The notes under the pieces: model-generated | What the model saw: only the letters and a program-made list of their open reading frames with translations | What the model was told of the DNA's origin: nothing | Databases searched by the model: none | Assembly (NCBI GenBank): GCA_022396035.1 | Contig: JAIOXO010000008.1 | Coordinates: 1,830-65,829 of the forward strand | DNA from: Actinomycetes bacterium | GTDB lineage: Bacteria > Actinomycetota > Humimicrobiia > Humimicrobiales > Humimicrobiaceae | Length of the DNA stretch: 64,000 bases | Direction: 5' to 3' | Part shown: piece after piece, positions 27,619-38,292 of the stretch | How positions within the stretch are numbered: the first letter of the stretch is position 1 | Layout: each line of letters starts with the position of its first letter | Translations under genes and position numbers: made by a program

Positions 27619-29337
27619 GTGAAAAACAAGCAAATGAGAAGGCAAAAGGACCATAAAGTAAGCAGGAAAAGAATTTATTTCCTGTTTATTTTGTTTTTAC
27701 TGGGTTTTTTTATTCTTGCCTATAAACTGGTGGATATACAATATATTAATGCTTCAAAGTACAAGAGTTATGCTGATTACCAGCATACCGATGAATCTAT
27801 TCTAAGTGCCAAAAGAGGCAAGATACTGGATAGAAACGGGATAGAACTGGCAGTAAGTTTGATTGAAAAAACGGTATATGCCAATCCAAAACGGGTAGCA
27901 GATACAGTAACTGAAGCTGCCATTTTATCTGATATTTTGGATTTGGACCAGGAAGAAATTATTCAAAAACTAAGCCAGGATGATCTGGGGTTTGTGTATG
28001 TGCAAAGAAAAGTAGGTACAGAGGTTGCCGAGGAGATAGAACAATTGAATTTACCGGGAATCTATATACAGAATGAAGCTAAAAGATTTTATCCCCAGGA
28101 TACCCTGGGGGCGGCTATAATTGGTTTTACGGGTATTGATAATAACGGTTTATCCGGAATTGAACTTCAATATGAGAAGAATCTCAGGGGCGTGGATGGT
28201 AAATTTATTGCCGAGAAAGATGTATTTGGCAATATTATTCCAGGGGACAAGCAAACCTATATAGAACCCATTAACGGAGACGATATTATGCTTACCATTG
28301 ATTCCCAGATCCAATATTTTGCCGAACAGGAACTTCAAAAAGTAGTAGAAGATTATAGTGCGTTAAGGGGCATGGTAGTTATAATGAATCCGGATAACGG
28401 TGAAGTATATGCTATGGCCAATTATCCGGTTTTTGACCCCAATGATTATGAAGACTATGATCCGGAAACCTATAAACTGCTGGGGACCTCTTATACTTAT
28501 GAGCCCGGCTCTACTTTTAAAATTATAAATATTGCGTCTGCTCTGCAGAATGGGCGCGTGGGAAGTGAGCAGTTATTTAATCTTCCTGCCCAGATACAGG
28601 TTGGAGACAGATTTATTAAAGAAATATTCAGGACAGCTCCTATCGATTACAGCACCAAGGATATAATTAAAAATTCCAGTAATGTAGGGGCAGTAAAAGT
28701 CGCTCTTGCTATGGGCAGACAGTTGTTCTGGGAAAGCGTGAAAGAATTTGGCTTTGGGCAAAAGACAGGAATCGATTATCCCGGGGAAGAATCAGGGTAT
28801 ATGTATGACTACCGTACCTGGCCGGAATCAACCATAGGGGCCATGGCTATTGGTCAGAGTATTACAGTTACCCCTATACAGCTGCTGAGGGCTGCCAGTG
28901 CCATTGCTAATGGTGGTTATCTGGTAACCCCCAACCTGGTGAAAGAAATAAGTAAGAAAGAGGATTTACTGAAAATTGACAATGAAAAAGGTAAGGTAAG
29001 AATTCTTGACCAGGATACCTCCAATCGGGTAAAGGACATGATGCTGGCAGTAGTTGAAGGGGGGACGGGGCAAAATGCAGGGGTGGAAGGAGTAAAGGTA
29101 TGCGGTAAAACCGGTACTGCGGAAAAAGCTAATAAAAATGGAGCAGGTTATGATGAGGGAAGGGTTATAACTTCATTTATAGGGTATGCTCCTTATGAAC
29201 ATCCCCAGGCAGCAATTCTTATAGTAATAGATGAACCCCAGGGAGGAGAAAATGAGATCTGGGGTGGAACGGTTGCAGCACCCCTTTTCAGCAAATTAAT
29301 GAAGTTTTCTCTACAGAGACTAAGCATGATAAATTAG
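27619..29337 (+). CDS. ftsI: Class B penicillin-binding protein (FtsI/PBP3-like)
   Basis: RGKILDRNG, GIELQY, SxxK in EPGSTFK, SSN and KTGTA. Confidence 0.9.
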   Translation: MKNKQMRRQKDHKVSRKRIYFLFILFLLGFFILAYKLVDIQYINASKYKSYADYQHTDESILSAKRGKILDRNGIELAVSLIEKTVYANPKRVADTVTEAAILSDILDLDQEEIIQKLSQDDLGFVYVQRKVGTEVAEEIEQLNLPGIYIQNEAKRFYPQDTLGAAIIGFTGIDNNGLSGIELQYEKNLRGVDGKFIAEKDVFGNIIPGDKQTYIEPINGDDIMLTIDSQIQYFAEQELQKVVEDYSALRGMVVIMNPDNGEVYAMANYPVFDPNDYEDYDPETYKLLGTSYTYEPGSTFKIINIASALQNGRVGSEQLFNLPAQIQVGDRFIKEIFRTAPIDYSTKDIIKNSSNVGAVKVALAMGRQLFWESVKEFGFGQKTGIDYPGEESGYMYDYRTWPESTIGAMAIGQSITVTPIQLLRAASAIANGGYLVTPNLVKEISKKEDLLKIDNEKGKVRILDQDTSNRVKDMMLAVVEGGTGQNAGVEGVKVCGKTGTAEKANKNGAGYDEGRVITSFIGYAPYEHPQAAILIVIDEPQGGENEIWGGTVAAPLFSKLMKFSLQRLSMIN

Positions 29338-29393
29338 GGTTTGGATATTTTGATTTTTATGTTAAACCAAATTATTATAAGTTCAGGAACAAT

Positions 29394-30860
29394 ATGAAGT
29401 TAAAAAAGATACTAGAGGGATTAGATTACCGGCTGCTGAAGGGAAGTTTGGACCAGGATATAAAGGATGTATGTATTAACTCCAAACAGGTTAAAAGCGG
29501 AAGCCTGTTTGTGGCAATCCAGGGATTTAAAACCGACGGGCATAATTTTATAGGACAGGCTGCTGATAATGGGGCTGAAGCTGTGGTTTTGCAGAGAAAA
29601 CCCGCGCAGGATTTACCCCTGTTCCAGGTTTTAGTAAAGGACAGCAGGGCTAGCCTGGCCGGCATAGCTGCTAATTTTTTTAATCACCCCAGCAACAAAA
29701 TGAAGCTGGTGGGAATAACCGGCACTAATGGCAAAACTACTACCTGTTTTTTAATAAATTCAATATTCAGACAGGCTGGCAAAAATTCATCTATGATAAC
29801 TACGGTTAAGTCCTTTATAAAGGATAAAGAAATAAAGTTTGACCGAACCACCCCTGATGCCCTGGAGCTCAACCGTTTTTTTGATGATAGTGTAAAGCAG
29901 GGGGCAGAAGCAGCGGTTATGGAAGTGTCTTCACATTCCCTGGATTTAAAAAGGGTAAATCATATATGCTTTGAAGGTTTTGTATTTACTAATTTATCCC
30001 AGGATCATCTGGATTATCATCACACTATGGATAATTATTTTGAGGCAAAACAAAAATTGTTCAAACCTTTGAATCGAAAACTTTATGGGGGAAAATTTGC
30101 GGTTATAAATATTGACGATGATTACGGTCAAAAGTTATATCAGGCAACTGATTTAGAAACCACCGGTTATTCCCTAAACAATGAATCAGCTGAGCTGAAG
30201 GCAGAAAATATAGAAAACAGCATAGAAGGCTTAAAGTTTGATTTGTATTATAAAGGTAAGAAGTTTCTGGCCATAAATTCCAGGCTTTCCGGCCGGTTTA
30301 ATGTTTACAATATTATGGCGGCAGTAGGGGTTGTTAACAATATGGGAATTGACCGCCAAGTTATAAGACAGGGAGTGGAAGCACTGTCAGGGGTGCCGGG
30401 AAGGTTTGAGAAGATAGATACAGATATGGATTTTACAGTGATTGTTGATTATGCCCATACACCGGATGGCCTTCAGAATGTATTGTCTACCATCCAGCAA
30501 TTAAAAAAGAAAAATAGCCGGGTAATAACTATTTTTGGCTGTGGCGGAGACAGGGATCAGAAAAAAAGGAAAATAATGGGTGCTGCTGCCGGTAAGTATT
30601 CTGATATAAGCATAATTACCTCCGATAACCCACGGTCCGAGGACCCCATGGCTATAATAGCCATGATAGAAAAAGGTTTTACCGGCAGCAATGATTATTT
30701 AGTTATTCCCGACCGGAAAGAAGCGATAGGGGAAGCCCTCCATCTGGCCAAAACCGATGATATAGTCTTAATAGCAGGGAAGGGGCATGAAGATTATCAG
30801 GAATTTGCAGATTACCGGATACATTTTAGTGACCAGGAAATAGTAAGAAATATTTTATAG
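29394..30860 (+). CDS. murE: UDP-MurNAc-dipeptide:meso-DAP ligase
   Basis: GITGTNGKTT, TTPD, MEVSSH, TNLSQDHLDYH, DYAHTPD and the DNPR meso-DAP specificity motif. Confidence 0.95.
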   Translation: MKLKKILEGLDYRLLKGSLDQDIKDVCINSKQVKSGSLFVAIQGFKTDGHNFIGQAADNGAEAVVLQRKPAQDLPLFQVLVKDSRASLAGIAANFFNHPSNKMKLVGITGTNGKTTTCFLINSIFRQAGKNSSMITTVKSFIKDKEIKFDRTTPDALELNRFFDDSVKQGAEAAVMEVSSHSLDLKRVNHICFEGFVFTNLSQDHLDYHHTMDNYFEAKQKLFKPLNRKLYGGKFAVINIDDDYGQKLYQATDLETTGYSLNNESAELKAENIENSIEGLKFDLYYKGKKFLAINSRLSGRFNVYNIMAAVGVVNNMGIDRQVIRQGVEALSGVPGRFEKIDTDMDFTVIVDYAHTPDGLQNVLSTIQQLKKKNSRVITIFGCGGDRDQKKRKIMGAAAGKYSDISIITSDNPRSEDPMAIIAMIEKGFTGSNDYLVIPDRKEAIGEALHLAKTDDIVLIAGKGHEDYQEFADYRIHFSDQEIVRNIL

Positions 30861-30867
30861 TGGTAAT

Positions 30868-32247
30868 ATGGAAAAGATTGAGTTAAACCAGATAATAAAG
30901 TGGACTGGATCCAGGAAATTGGCCGGTGGCGGTAGTGAATTCATTGGTTCAATTTCCACTGACAGCCGAAGCGTTGGAGCCGGTGATTTTTTTATCCCCT
31001 TAAAAGGCCCTAATTTTGATGGCCATAAATTTATACCGGAAGCCATAAAAAAAGGTGCCACTGGATTCGTTATTGAAAACTCATATGCAGCTGGTATAGA
31101 TATTGATTCATATGCCCATAAAATAGTACTGTCGGTGAAAGATACCCTGAAGTTTATGCAGGATGTGGCCTACCATTATATCAGGATGATCAATCCTGTG
31201 GTTATAGGTATTACCGGCAGTGCAGGAAAAACTACTACCAAGGATATGCTGGCAAGCATTCTGGGTGAGAGCCATGATATAGGATTTACTCCTAAAAACT
31301 ATAATAATGAAATAGGTGTGCCTAAAGCTATTTTGAATTTAGGGCAGCATACCGATTTTTTCATAGCGGAAATTGCCATGAGAAAAAAGGGTCAGATAAA
31401 ACAGCTGTCCCGGCTCATAGGGCCGGATATCGGGATTATTACCTCTGTTGGCGAGTCTCATTTGCAATTCTTTGAAAGTGTAGAGGAAATTGCCAGAACC
31501 AAGGCAGAAATTGCTTCTGAGCTATCCGGCAATAAGGGGGTACTGTTCTTAAATCACGATAATCCATGGACTGGCCTGATTAAAGATATATGCGGCTGTA
31601 GAACTAAACAATTCGGCCGCAACCATGACCTGGATTATAATTTTAAGAATGAGAGCATGGATAGCGGAGGTTGCTTTGGTTTTGATTTCTGCAACCGGAA
31701 AAACAGGCTGGCTACAGTACACTTAACCATTGCCGGCTACCATAATATTTATAATGCTTGTGCAGCGGCGGGAGTAAGCCATTATCTCCAGGTTTCTGTA
31801 GAGGATATCCGGAAGGGCCTGGCTGCAGCTGTAATTGAGAAAGACAGGATGCAGGTTTTAAAAAAGGGCAGCATTACTGTTATAGATGACTGCTATAACG
31901 CAAATCCCCTGTCGGTTGCCTGTGCCCTGGAGAGTTTAAGGCAAATTGCTGATATGAAGAAGGCAAGATCAGTAGCCGTACTTGCGGAAATGCTTGAGCT
32001 TGGCCCGGATTCAGACCAACTTCATTATGAAATGGGCAAAAAAATTGCGGAAAACAATATTGACCTGCTTATAACTTTTGGTAAGATAGCCAGAAACATC
32101 AACCAGGGTTACGGGAAGGACAGTTATTATTTTGAAAATAAGCAGGATTGCCTGGAGGCCATAAGAGGCTTGATTAAAGCTGGTGATGTGGTTTTAATTA
32201 AAGGCTCCCGGGCAAACCGGATGGAAGATATCATAGACAAAATTTAG
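30868..32247 (+). CDS. murF: UDP-MurNAc-tripeptide:D-Ala-D-Ala ligase
   Basis: GITGSAGKTTTK, NYNNEIGVP, DDCYNANP and IKGSR. Confidence 0.95.
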   Translation: MEKIELNQIIKWTGSRKLAGGGSEFIGSISTDSRSVGAGDFFIPLKGPNFDGHKFIPEAIKKGATGFVIENSYAAGIDIDSYAHKIVLSVKDTLKFMQDVAYHYIRMINPVVIGITGSAGKTTTKDMLASILGESHDIGFTPKNYNNEIGVPKAILNLGQHTDFFIAEIAMRKKGQIKQLSRLIGPDIGIITSVGESHLQFFESVEEIARTKAEIASELSGNKGVLFLNHDNPWTGLIKDICGCRTKQFGRNHDLDYNFKNESMDSGGCFGFDFCNRKNRLATVHLTIAGYHNIYNACAAAGVSHYLQVSVEDIRKGLAAAVIEKDRMQVLKKGSITVIDDCYNANPLSVACALESLRQIADMKKARSVAVLAEMLELGPDSDQLHYEMGKKIAENNIDLLITFGKIARNINQGYGKDSYYFENKQDCLEAIRGLIKAGDVVLIKGSRANRMEDIIDKI

Positions 32248-32259
32248 ATGGGAACATAG

Positions 32260-33273
32260 ATGAACTGGATTTTTTTATCAATAATAATTGGCGGGCTTAT
32301 ATCGCTGGTGGCAACACCGGTATTCATAAAGTTTCAAAAAAGCAAACAGATTGGTGAAAGTATAAGGGTTGATGGCCCTAAAACCCATTCGGCAAAGGTT
32401 GGCACTCCCACCATGGGAGGGATGGTATTTGTGTTGTCTTCTCTTATCGCTTTTGCTGCAGCCAGCCTTATAAAGTATTTCAGGTACCAGGAGTTCAGTT
32501 ATGAAGGTATCTTTGTGTTTTCAGTATTTATAATGTGTTCACTGATAGGTTTTATTGATGATTATATTTCTCTGAAAAAAAAGAGATCACTGGGCTTGCG
32601 GGGCTGGGTTAAGATATTTTTGCTGGTCCTGGTCTGCCTCTATTTTGTGATTGTCGGGATATGGGTACTGAACTTGGACACTACTATTGGTCTGCCTTCG
32701 ACCTCTATAGTATGGGATATGGGAAACTGGTACTATGTCCTGGTGGTAATTATCATAATAAGTGCTACCAATGCAGTAAATTTAACCGATGGCCTGGACG
32801 GACTGGCTGCAGGAACTTCTTCTATTGTGTTAGGTATGTTTTTATTTATAGCTTTTCTGGAATGGTCCATCTTTGATATAAGTTACGGAATCGATATTGC
32901 GGTCATTTGCGGGGGCACTATTGCTGCCTGTATCGGGTTTTTATGGTGGAATACTGCGCCGGCAGAGATATTTATGGGTGATACTGGTTCCTTTGGGCTG
33001 GGAGGGTTGATAGCTGCTGTGGCTATTATCTTAAAACAGGAATTATTGCTGCTGGTTATAGGAGGAATTTTTGTAATAGAAACCCTTTCGGTAATTATAC
33101 AGGTGCTCTGGTTTAAAATGTTTAAAAAGAGGGTATTCAAAATGGCTCCCATACACCATCATTTTGAGGTAATGGGCTGGCCGGAAATAAAGGTGATCAT
33201 AAGGTTCTGGATAGTGGGAGCTCTGCTAGCAGGGCTGGGATTCTTTATGTATTATGTAAAATTTATAGACTAG
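32260..33273 (+). CDS. mraY: Phospho-N-acetylmuramoyl-pentapeptide transferase
   Basis: KVGTPTMGG, GFIDDY, NAVNLTDGLDGLA, FMGDTGS and MAPIHHHFE. Confidence 0.96.
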   Translation: MNWIFLSIIIGGLISLVATPVFIKFQKSKQIGESIRVDGPKTHSAKVGTPTMGGMVFVLSSLIAFAAASLIKYFRYQEFSYEGIFVFSVFIMCSLIGFIDDYISLKKKRSLGLRGWVKIFLLVLVCLYFVIVGIWVLNLDTTIGLPSTSIVWDMGNWYYVLVVIIIISATNAVNLTDGLDGLAAGTSSIVLGMFLFIAFLEWSIFDISYGIDIAVICGGTIAACIGFLWWNTAPAEIFMGDTGSFGLGGLIAAVAIILKQELLLLVIGGIFVIETLSVIIQVLWFKMFKKRVFKMAPIHHHFEVMGWPEIKVIIRFWIVGALLAGLGFFMYYVKFID

Positions 33274-33282
33274 CAGGCATTT

Positions 33283-34656
33283 ATGTTTTTAGAAGGCAAA
33301 AATTTGCTGGTGTTGGGCCTGGGTAAAACCGGCCTTGCGGTAATAGATAGAATGCACAAGTTGGCAGATACCATAATTGCTGTTGATGACAATCCCATGG
33401 CTGAAACTGGAAACATAAAAGAGAAGGGTATAAGGATTGTGCTGGGCAATGATGCAAGTAATAAAGAGGTCTTGGATGATGTCGATATCATTATTACCAG
33501 CCCGGGGATCCCGGGGAGCCATCCCCTAATACAATATGCCCAGGAAATAAATATTCCCATTTGGAGTGAGCTGGAGCTGGGCTGGAGCTTGCTACCTCTG
33601 CAAGAAAAAAAGAAGGCCATAGCGGTAACTGGTACCAATGGTAAAACTACGGCTGTAAATCTTCTGGGACGTATGCTGTCAGTAAATAACTTGAAGGTTA
33701 AGGTATGTGGAAATGTTGGTGATCCGATTATTAATACAGTGGATGAAAAGGGAATTTTTAGGGTAATAGAGGTTAGCAGTTTTCAACTGGAACGGTCAAA
33801 CAGCTTTGCTCCTTTTGTTGGCATTCTGCTTAATATCAGCAGCGATCATATAGACAGGCATGGAACTATAGAACAATATGCTGAAACCAAGTTTAAATTA
33901 TTTTCGCATCAGACTAGGTCAGATTTTTCTATTTTAAACAGAGATGATCCCATAATTACCCAGACAGTATCCGGAATTAACCTTAGATCCAGAGTTATAA
34001 CCTATGGGCTCAAGCAAGATAAGAGTCTTAACCTACGGTATGACCGGCCTTATGTAGTTTATAAAATTGGCCAGAAACAAGGACGTATCAGCATAGAGAA
34101 GGCCAATCTGGGGGGCAAACATAATATTTTAAATATTATGTCCTGCGTAGCGGCAGCAGTAATTCTTGGGATTGAAGATAATATAATAGAAAAAGCTGTC
34201 AGTGATTTTATGCCCCTCAAGCATCGTTTGGAGTACCTGGGAAATTGCCGGGGGATTGATTGCTATAATGATTCTAAAGCAACCAATCCTCATGCCACAA
34301 TTGCTGCTCTTGATAATTTCAGCAAACCCCTGACCCTTATTCTGGGAGGCAAAGACAAGGGAATGGATTTAGATGATTTGTTTGAGGCTATAGATAAAAA
34401 GGTTTCCCATCTTATTCTTTTGGGGGAGTCCAGAAAGAAAATACAGCAAGTTTTAGATAAAAGACAAAGCACTTTTAATGTGCATATGGCAAAATCTCTG
34501 AAGCAGGCGGTGGATACAGGCCTGTCACTAACGCCAAGCGGCGGAATATTGCTATTGTCCCCGGCATTTGCAAGTATGGATATGTTTAAAGATTATAAAG
34601 ATAGGGGAAATCAGTACAGGGCCATGATAGAGGAAAGAATAAATGACCGTAGATAG
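33283..34656 (+). CDS. murD: UDP-MurNAc-L-Ala:D-Glu ligase
   Basis: GLGKTG, SPG, TGTNGKTT, EVSSFQL, DHIDRH, NDSKATN and SPAFASMDMF. Confidence 0.95.
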   Translation: MFLEGKNLLVLGLGKTGLAVIDRMHKLADTIIAVDDNPMAETGNIKEKGIRIVLGNDASNKEVLDDVDIIITSPGIPGSHPLIQYAQEINIPIWSELELGWSLLPLQEKKKAIAVTGTNGKTTAVNLLGRMLSVNNLKVKVCGNVGDPIINTVDEKGIFRVIEVSSFQLERSNSFAPFVGILLNISSDHIDRHGTIEQYAETKFKLFSHQTRSDFSILNRDDPIITQTVSGINLRSRVITYGLKQDKSLNLRYDRPYVVYKIGQKQGRISIEKANLGGKHNILNIMSCVAAAVILGIEDNIIEKAVSDFMPLKHRLEYLGNCRGIDCYNDSKATNPHATIAALDNFSKPLTLILGGKDKGMDLDDLFEAIDKKVSHLILLGESRKKIQQVLDKRQSTFNVHMAKSLKQAVDTGLSLTPSGGILLLSPAFASMDMFKDYKDRGNQYRAMIEERINDRR

Positions 34657-35797
34657 AAGAAATATACTAAAGATAAATGTAGATTTTTATATACTGTTTG
34701 TGCTGGTATTTATGCTTTCAGTACTGGGAATAATTATGATATCCAGTGCTTCCACGGTTATTGCTGAGAGGTATTTTGGTGATCCCTACTGGTATTTCAG
34801 GCGACAGATTATGTGGTGGGTTCTTTCCATGATTGCCATGATAATAGTGTCCAAAATAAACTACAGGATTTACAGCAGGATATCGGGGCTATTGGTTCTT
34901 ATTTCCATAGCCTTACTGGCCCTGGTGCTGATACCCGGTGTAGGGGAAGAAATAGGGGGTGCCAAGAGATGGATAAATTTATGGTTTTTTAATATCCAGC
35001 CATCGGAGATTGCCAAGGTTGCCCTGGTATTGTTTTTTGCAGATACCTTGAGCCGAAAATATATAAAGACTTTCAGGGCGAAACACTTGTTCTTGCCGGG
35101 GTTTCTGGTTTTACTGGTTATCACCTTTTTGATATTTTTGGAGCCGGACCTGGGAACGGTAGTGGTTATATGGATTCTGGTATTTACGGTGTTGTTTGTA
35201 GGCGGGGTTAAATTTGGTCATCTTGTAGGCATAACTTTTACCGGCGCCCTGCTTACTGTGGGGTATATGTTTTTAGAGGAGTACCGGAGGGAGAGGTTGT
35301 TTGCATTTCTTAACCGTTCCAGTGAATTGGATGCCGCCAATTTTCAGGTAAACCAGTCCCTTATTGCCCTTGGTTCGGGCAACATAATTGGTCTGGGGCT
35401 GGGTAACAGCGTACAGAAATATTCATATCTGCCGGAAGCCCATACCGATTTCATATTTGCTATTATTGGCGAAGAACTGGGTCTGATGGGTACATTACTG
35501 GTTATAGCTATGTTTATATTGTTTACTTTTTTTGGAATCAGGGTTTGTGTAAGAACCAGGGATTATTTTGGCAGGACTCTGGCTGCCGGTTTGACCGCTA
35601 TTATATCTATTCCTGCCCTTATAAATATTGGAGTGGTGGTAGGAGTATTGCCGGTAACCGGATTGACTCTTCCCTTTATAAGTTCAGGCGGTTCTTCATT
35701 GTTGATATCCATGGTCAGTGTAGGAGTTTTACTTAATATTTCCAGACAAAATATGATAGTAGGAGAGACAGAGGATGAAGAGCAGCCAGACCAGTAA
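34643..35797 (+). CDS. ftsW: Lipid II polymerase FtsW (SEDS)
   Basis: GAKRWI, QPSEIAK, EPDLG, LPEAHTDFIF..IGEELG and LPFISSGGSS. Confidence 0.93.
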   Translation: MTVDRRNILKINVDFYILFVLVFMLSVLGIIMISSASTVIAERYFGDPYWYFRRQIMWWVLSMIAMIIVSKINYRIYSRISGLLVLISIALLALVLIPGVGEEIGGAKRWINLWFFNIQPSEIAKVALVLFFADTLSRKYIKTFRAKHLFLPGFLVLLVITFLIFLEPDLGTVVVIWILVFTVLFVGGVKFGHLVGITFTGALLTVGYMFLEEYRRERLFAFLNRSSELDAANFQVNQSLIALGSGNIIGLGLGNSVQKYSYLPEAHTDFIFAIIGEELGLMGTLLVIAMFILFTFFGIRVCVRTRDYFGRTLAAGLTAIISIPALINIGVVVGVLPVTGLTLPFISSGGSSLLISMVSVGVLLNISRQNMIVGETEDEEQPDQ

Positions 35798-36917
35798 AAG
35801 ATTAATTATTTGCGGGGGAGGAACTGCAGGCCATGTGTATCCGGCTATAGCAGTAATTGAGGAAATAAAAGAGAGCTACCCCCGGACAGAGATGCTTTTT
35901 GTGGGCACCAGTAAAGGAATGGAGAAAAAGTTTATACCGCCTCTGGGTATAAATTTTAAGAGTGTAAGAGCCAGCGGCCTTTCTGCGGCTGATAATTATT
36001 TTAAAAAGGTATTGGTGATAACCAGATTTCTGGTTTCTACATTTATAGGTTTTTTTGCCAGCTTAAGACTACTGATGGAGTTTAAGCCCCACATAATTTT
36101 GGGCATGGGCGGATATGTGTGTGCCCCGGTATTGTTGGCAGCCATGGTGTTGAGAAAAAAATTTATGCTTCATGAACAAAATTATATACCGGGGAGGCTA
36201 AACCGGTTTTTTTCCAGATATGCCCGAAAGGTTTTTATCAGTTTCAGGGATACTAAAAAATACTTTCCTTCCTCATGCAGCACAGTTTATAGTGGTAATC
36301 CGGTAAGAAAAATGATTAGAAACTGTGACAGGATAGAAGAAAATTACAGTAAATGGGGACTAAGGGAAGGCAGGTTTACCATTGTTGCTTTCGGGGGAAG
36401 CCTGGGCGCCGGTAAATTAAACAGCATAATAATAGATTTATATAATTATTTTAAGGACCATGATGGCCTGCAAATCCTTTTGATAACCGGCAAAAGATTC
36501 TATGAGGACTTTGGCAAGGTAAGAGAAAAATCGGCAAAAAATGGCCATAAGATAGTATTAAGTATTCTTCCATACATACAGCAGATGGACCAGATTTATC
36601 GAATTGCGGATCTGGTTATATCCAGGGCAGGAGCCAATACCATTGCTGAGCTTATTACTACCGGTATACCGGCAATACTGATCCCGTATCCTTATGCAGT
36701 GGAAAACCATCAGTATTTCAATGCAAAATTTATGGCAGACAATGGAAAAGCAATACTTATAACTGAAAAGGAGTTAAGTTCTGATTTATTGATTGACAAT
36801 ATCCGCGGTTTGATTGAACATAATAAACAAAATTATAATCAGCTGTTGTCCAGGAGAATAAACATAGACAGGATTGATAGCCATAAAGTTATAGCAGAAG
36901 GTTTGGTGGGAAGTTAA
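35775..36917 (+). CDS. murG: Lipid I N-acetylglucosaminyl transferase
   Basis: GGGTAGHVYP, GMGGYV, HEQNYIPG, GNPVR, GGSLGA and SRAGA. Confidence 0.95.
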   Translation: MKSSQTSKRLIICGGGTAGHVYPAIAVIEEIKESYPRTEMLFVGTSKGMEKKFIPPLGINFKSVRASGLSAADNYFKKVLVITRFLVSTFIGFFASLRLLMEFKPHIILGMGGYVCAPVLLAAMVLRKKFMLHEQNYIPGRLNRFFSRYARKVFISFRDTKKYFPSSCSTVYSGNPVRKMIRNCDRIEENYSKWGLREGRFTIVAFGGSLGAGKLNSIIIDLYNYFKDHDGLQILLITGKRFYEDFGKVREKSAKNGHKIVLSILPYIQQMDQIYRIADLVISRAGANTIAELITTGIPAILIPYPYAVENHQYFNAKFMADNGKAILITEKELSSDLLIDNIRGLIEHNKQNYNQLLSRRINIDRIDSHKVIAEGLVGS

Positions 36918-36918
36918 A

Positions 36919-38292
36919 TTGGATAGAAAAAAATATTTTTTAATTGGAATAGGAGGGGCAGGCATGAGTGCCATTGCCCTGGTCCTTAAAGGGACGGGCC
37001 ATCAGGTCAGGGGTTCAGATATGAAAGAATCAAGGTATACCCATCTTTTAAGGAATGAAGGGGTAGAAGTAATAATAGGTCATAAAAGCAGTAACCTAAA
37101 GCAAGATGAAATAGTGGTCTATTCTGCAGCAATACCTGAGGATAATGTGGAACTGGCTGAAGCCAGGAAAGAAAAGTTTGAGGTGATTGCCCGTTCAGAT
37201 GCATTGGCCCAGATACTTAACAGCAAAAACGGTATTGCCATAAGCGGAACTCATGGTAAAACCACTACTACTTCCATGGTGGGCCTGCTGCTCAGGGGTC
37301 TAAGTCTTGATCCTACCATAATTATAGGGGGAGAGTTAAATGAGCTGGGGTCCAATGCCAGATATGGTGAGGGCAAGTATGTAGTGGCAGAAGCATGTGA
37401 GAGTGATGGCTCTTTTTTAAAGTATAACCCTTATATATCTGTAGTAACCAATATAGAGGATGATCATATAGACCATTACAAAAATTACAAAGCTCTTGAG
37501 GACAGTTTTTACCGATTTATGAAAAACACCCATAAGGATGGTTTTATCATAGCTGACGGTGACTGCCTGGAACTAAAGGATAGGAAATTAGGAAAAAATA
37601 TCTGGCTGTATGGCATCAGCAAAGAGAATGATATGTATGCAGAAAATATAAAATACAAGAATTTTGGAAGCTCTTACCAGCTGGTGTTCAAACGGGATGG
37701 AAATTTACAGAGGTTGAATGTAAAACTGAGTGTACCCGGGATACATAATGTCAGAAACAGCCTTGCGGCCCTTTCTGTCTGCTGCTGTCTGGGCCTGGAT
37801 ATGGGCAAGTCGGTGGAGATATTGCAGTACTTTACCGGTGCTAAAAGACGGTTTGAAAAGAAAGGTGAAAAGAGGGGAGCATTAATCTTTGATGATTATG
37901 CTCATCATCCTTCAGAGGTTTCCGCTACGCTGGAAGCTGCTTTCCAGGATAAAAAAAACAGGATGATAACCGTTTTTCAGCCTCACCGCTACAGCAGGCT
38001 TTCCAATTTGCTGGGTAAATTTGGAACCTGTTTTAAGCACAGTGATATTTTAATAATAACTGATGTATATGGGGCCGGTGAGCAGCCATTACCGGGAATT
38101 ACCGGCAAAGCTTTGGTGGATGAAATAATAGAGTCCGGTTATGCCAAACGTTTAGCTTATTTTCCCCAGCTGGACCAGATAAGTGCATATCTTGATATAA
38201 ATATTGAAAAGGATGACATGGTTTTACTCATGGGTGCAGGGGATATAACCAGAGTTACCGAAGATCTGCTGAAAGGCAGTAAAATTGAATAG
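36919..38292 (+). CDS. murC: UDP-MurNAc:L-Ala ligase
   Basis: GIGGAGMS, GTHGKTTT, EACESD and DDYAHHP. Confidence 0.95.
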   Translation: MDRKKYFLIGIGGAGMSAIALVLKGTGHQVRGSDMKESRYTHLLRNEGVEVIIGHKSSNLKQDEIVVYSAAIPEDNVELAEARKEKFEVIARSDALAQILNSKNGIAISGTHGKTTTTSMVGLLLRGLSLDPTIIIGGELNELGSNARYGEGKYVVAEACESDGSFLKYNPYISVVTNIEDDHIDHYKNYKALEDSFYRFMKNTHKDGFIIADGDCLELKDRKLGKNIWLYGISKENDMYAENIKYKNFGSSYQLVFKRDGNLQRLNVKLSVPGIHNVRNSLAALSVCCCLGLDMGKSVEILQYFTGAKRRFEKKGEKRGALIFDDYAHHPSEVSATLEAAFQDKKNRMITVFQPHRYSRLSNLLGKFGTCFKHSDILIITDVYGAGEQPLPGITGKALVDEIIESGYAKRLAYFPQLDQISAYLDINIEKDDMVLLMGAGDITRVTEDLLKGSKIE